From: Oopsacas minuta
Taxonomy: Eukaryota > Animalia > Porifera
Assembly (NCBI GenBank): GCA_024704765.1
Contig: JAKMXF010000315.1
Span: 145,445-209,444 of the forward strand
DNA: 64,000 bases
Direction of reading: 5' to 3'
A program made the translations under genes and the position numbers. A model generated the notes under the pieces. The model made no database searches and was not told the DNA's origin. It saw only the letters and a list, made by a program, of their open reading frames with translations. Numbering within the stretch: position 1 is the first letter of the stretch; each line of letters starts with the position of its first letter. Of this stretch, positions 63,371 to 64,000 are shown piece by piece.

Positions 63371-64000
63371 TTCTGTAAAAAATTCGATAAAAATATATCG
63401 ATGCAAAATCACGAAATGAAAGCTTGCTAAAATTTTCATACCTTTGAAAGTGAAAATATTCTACACCTTCTACACTTCTAGAATTTTTGATAATAGTATT
63501 TTTGCTGGTTATACGATTTTTGCTCTAACTAAATGAAAAATATTCATTATATAGCACTATCGTTAGTAATTCTATTGTTCTTAGATGTTAAACATTTATT
63601 TGGCAAACAATAGGTAGTTCTAGCGCTGTATATTATATTGATTTATTGAATATCTGAATTTCGTGTATCTTGAATTATTTAAATTTTATTTATAAATATT
63701 ATGTTATCAAATTAACCATGGTCAACAAAATTTAACTTCATTTTCTCATCAAGTATTAGATTGACATTTTCTAAGCTAGTTTTTTACGCTGAATTCAAAT
63801 CTGCTTTCAGATTCTTTCCAGCACATCCAGTTTTTTTCCATCTACAAGTCGACGATTTTTATGTGTTTCCTAAATTTTTCCTGTTATTTTATGGTAGTGG
63901 CTGTCTTTTTGTCTTCTTACATGATAGCCATCTGAAATAAATCAACGTTTCGATGTTTTAGATTAATGCCAAGATAATATCAGTTATTATCCTAGCTCTT

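Noticed and set aside
1-64000. rRNA, tRNA, telomeric arrays, LTR retrotransposons
   Set aside because: I saw no recognisable conserved RNA motifs, telomere repeats, paired LTRs or gag/pol ORFs by eye. tRNAscan-SE, Infernal and RepeatMasker would be needed to exclude short or degenerate cases.

Overview
This is an AT-rich eukaryotic window, most likely from an invertebrate animal (a planarian-like repeat landscape is an inference, not established). It is almost entirely DNA transposons and their relics. I can support Chapaev3-type/CMC (3 families plus more distant Chapaev/Transib-like relics), PIF/Harbinger, hAT (2 families), Tc1/mariner (4 near full-length DD34D mariners, a maT/DD37D-like relic, 2 pogo/Tigger relics, MITEs), a P-element-like relic, Merlin, an Academ-like XPG/Cys8 relic and MULE. 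There are also several long palindromic foldback elements and weak LINE remnants. The only apparently intact transposase is a 575-aa Chapaev3-type ORF (3632-5359) in a TIR- and TTA-TSD-bounded element. That element is nested in a Harbinger, which is itself nested in an older Chapaev3. Host-gene signal is limited to a first exon of a proteasome beta-7 (PSMB4-like) gene (49428-49662) and a probable first exon of an unidentified minus-strand gene (36666-37049). The most notable observations are: a MULE transposase relic running in frame into a C-terminal IAP/MDM2-type RING finger; a divergent Chapa-domain/RAG1-core-like element with long TIRs; and an inverted pair of 3-kb hAT copies with near-identical interiors but diverged 5' tips. 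I saw no rRNA, tRNA or CRISPR. All assignments are by-eye motif recognition; no database searches were run.
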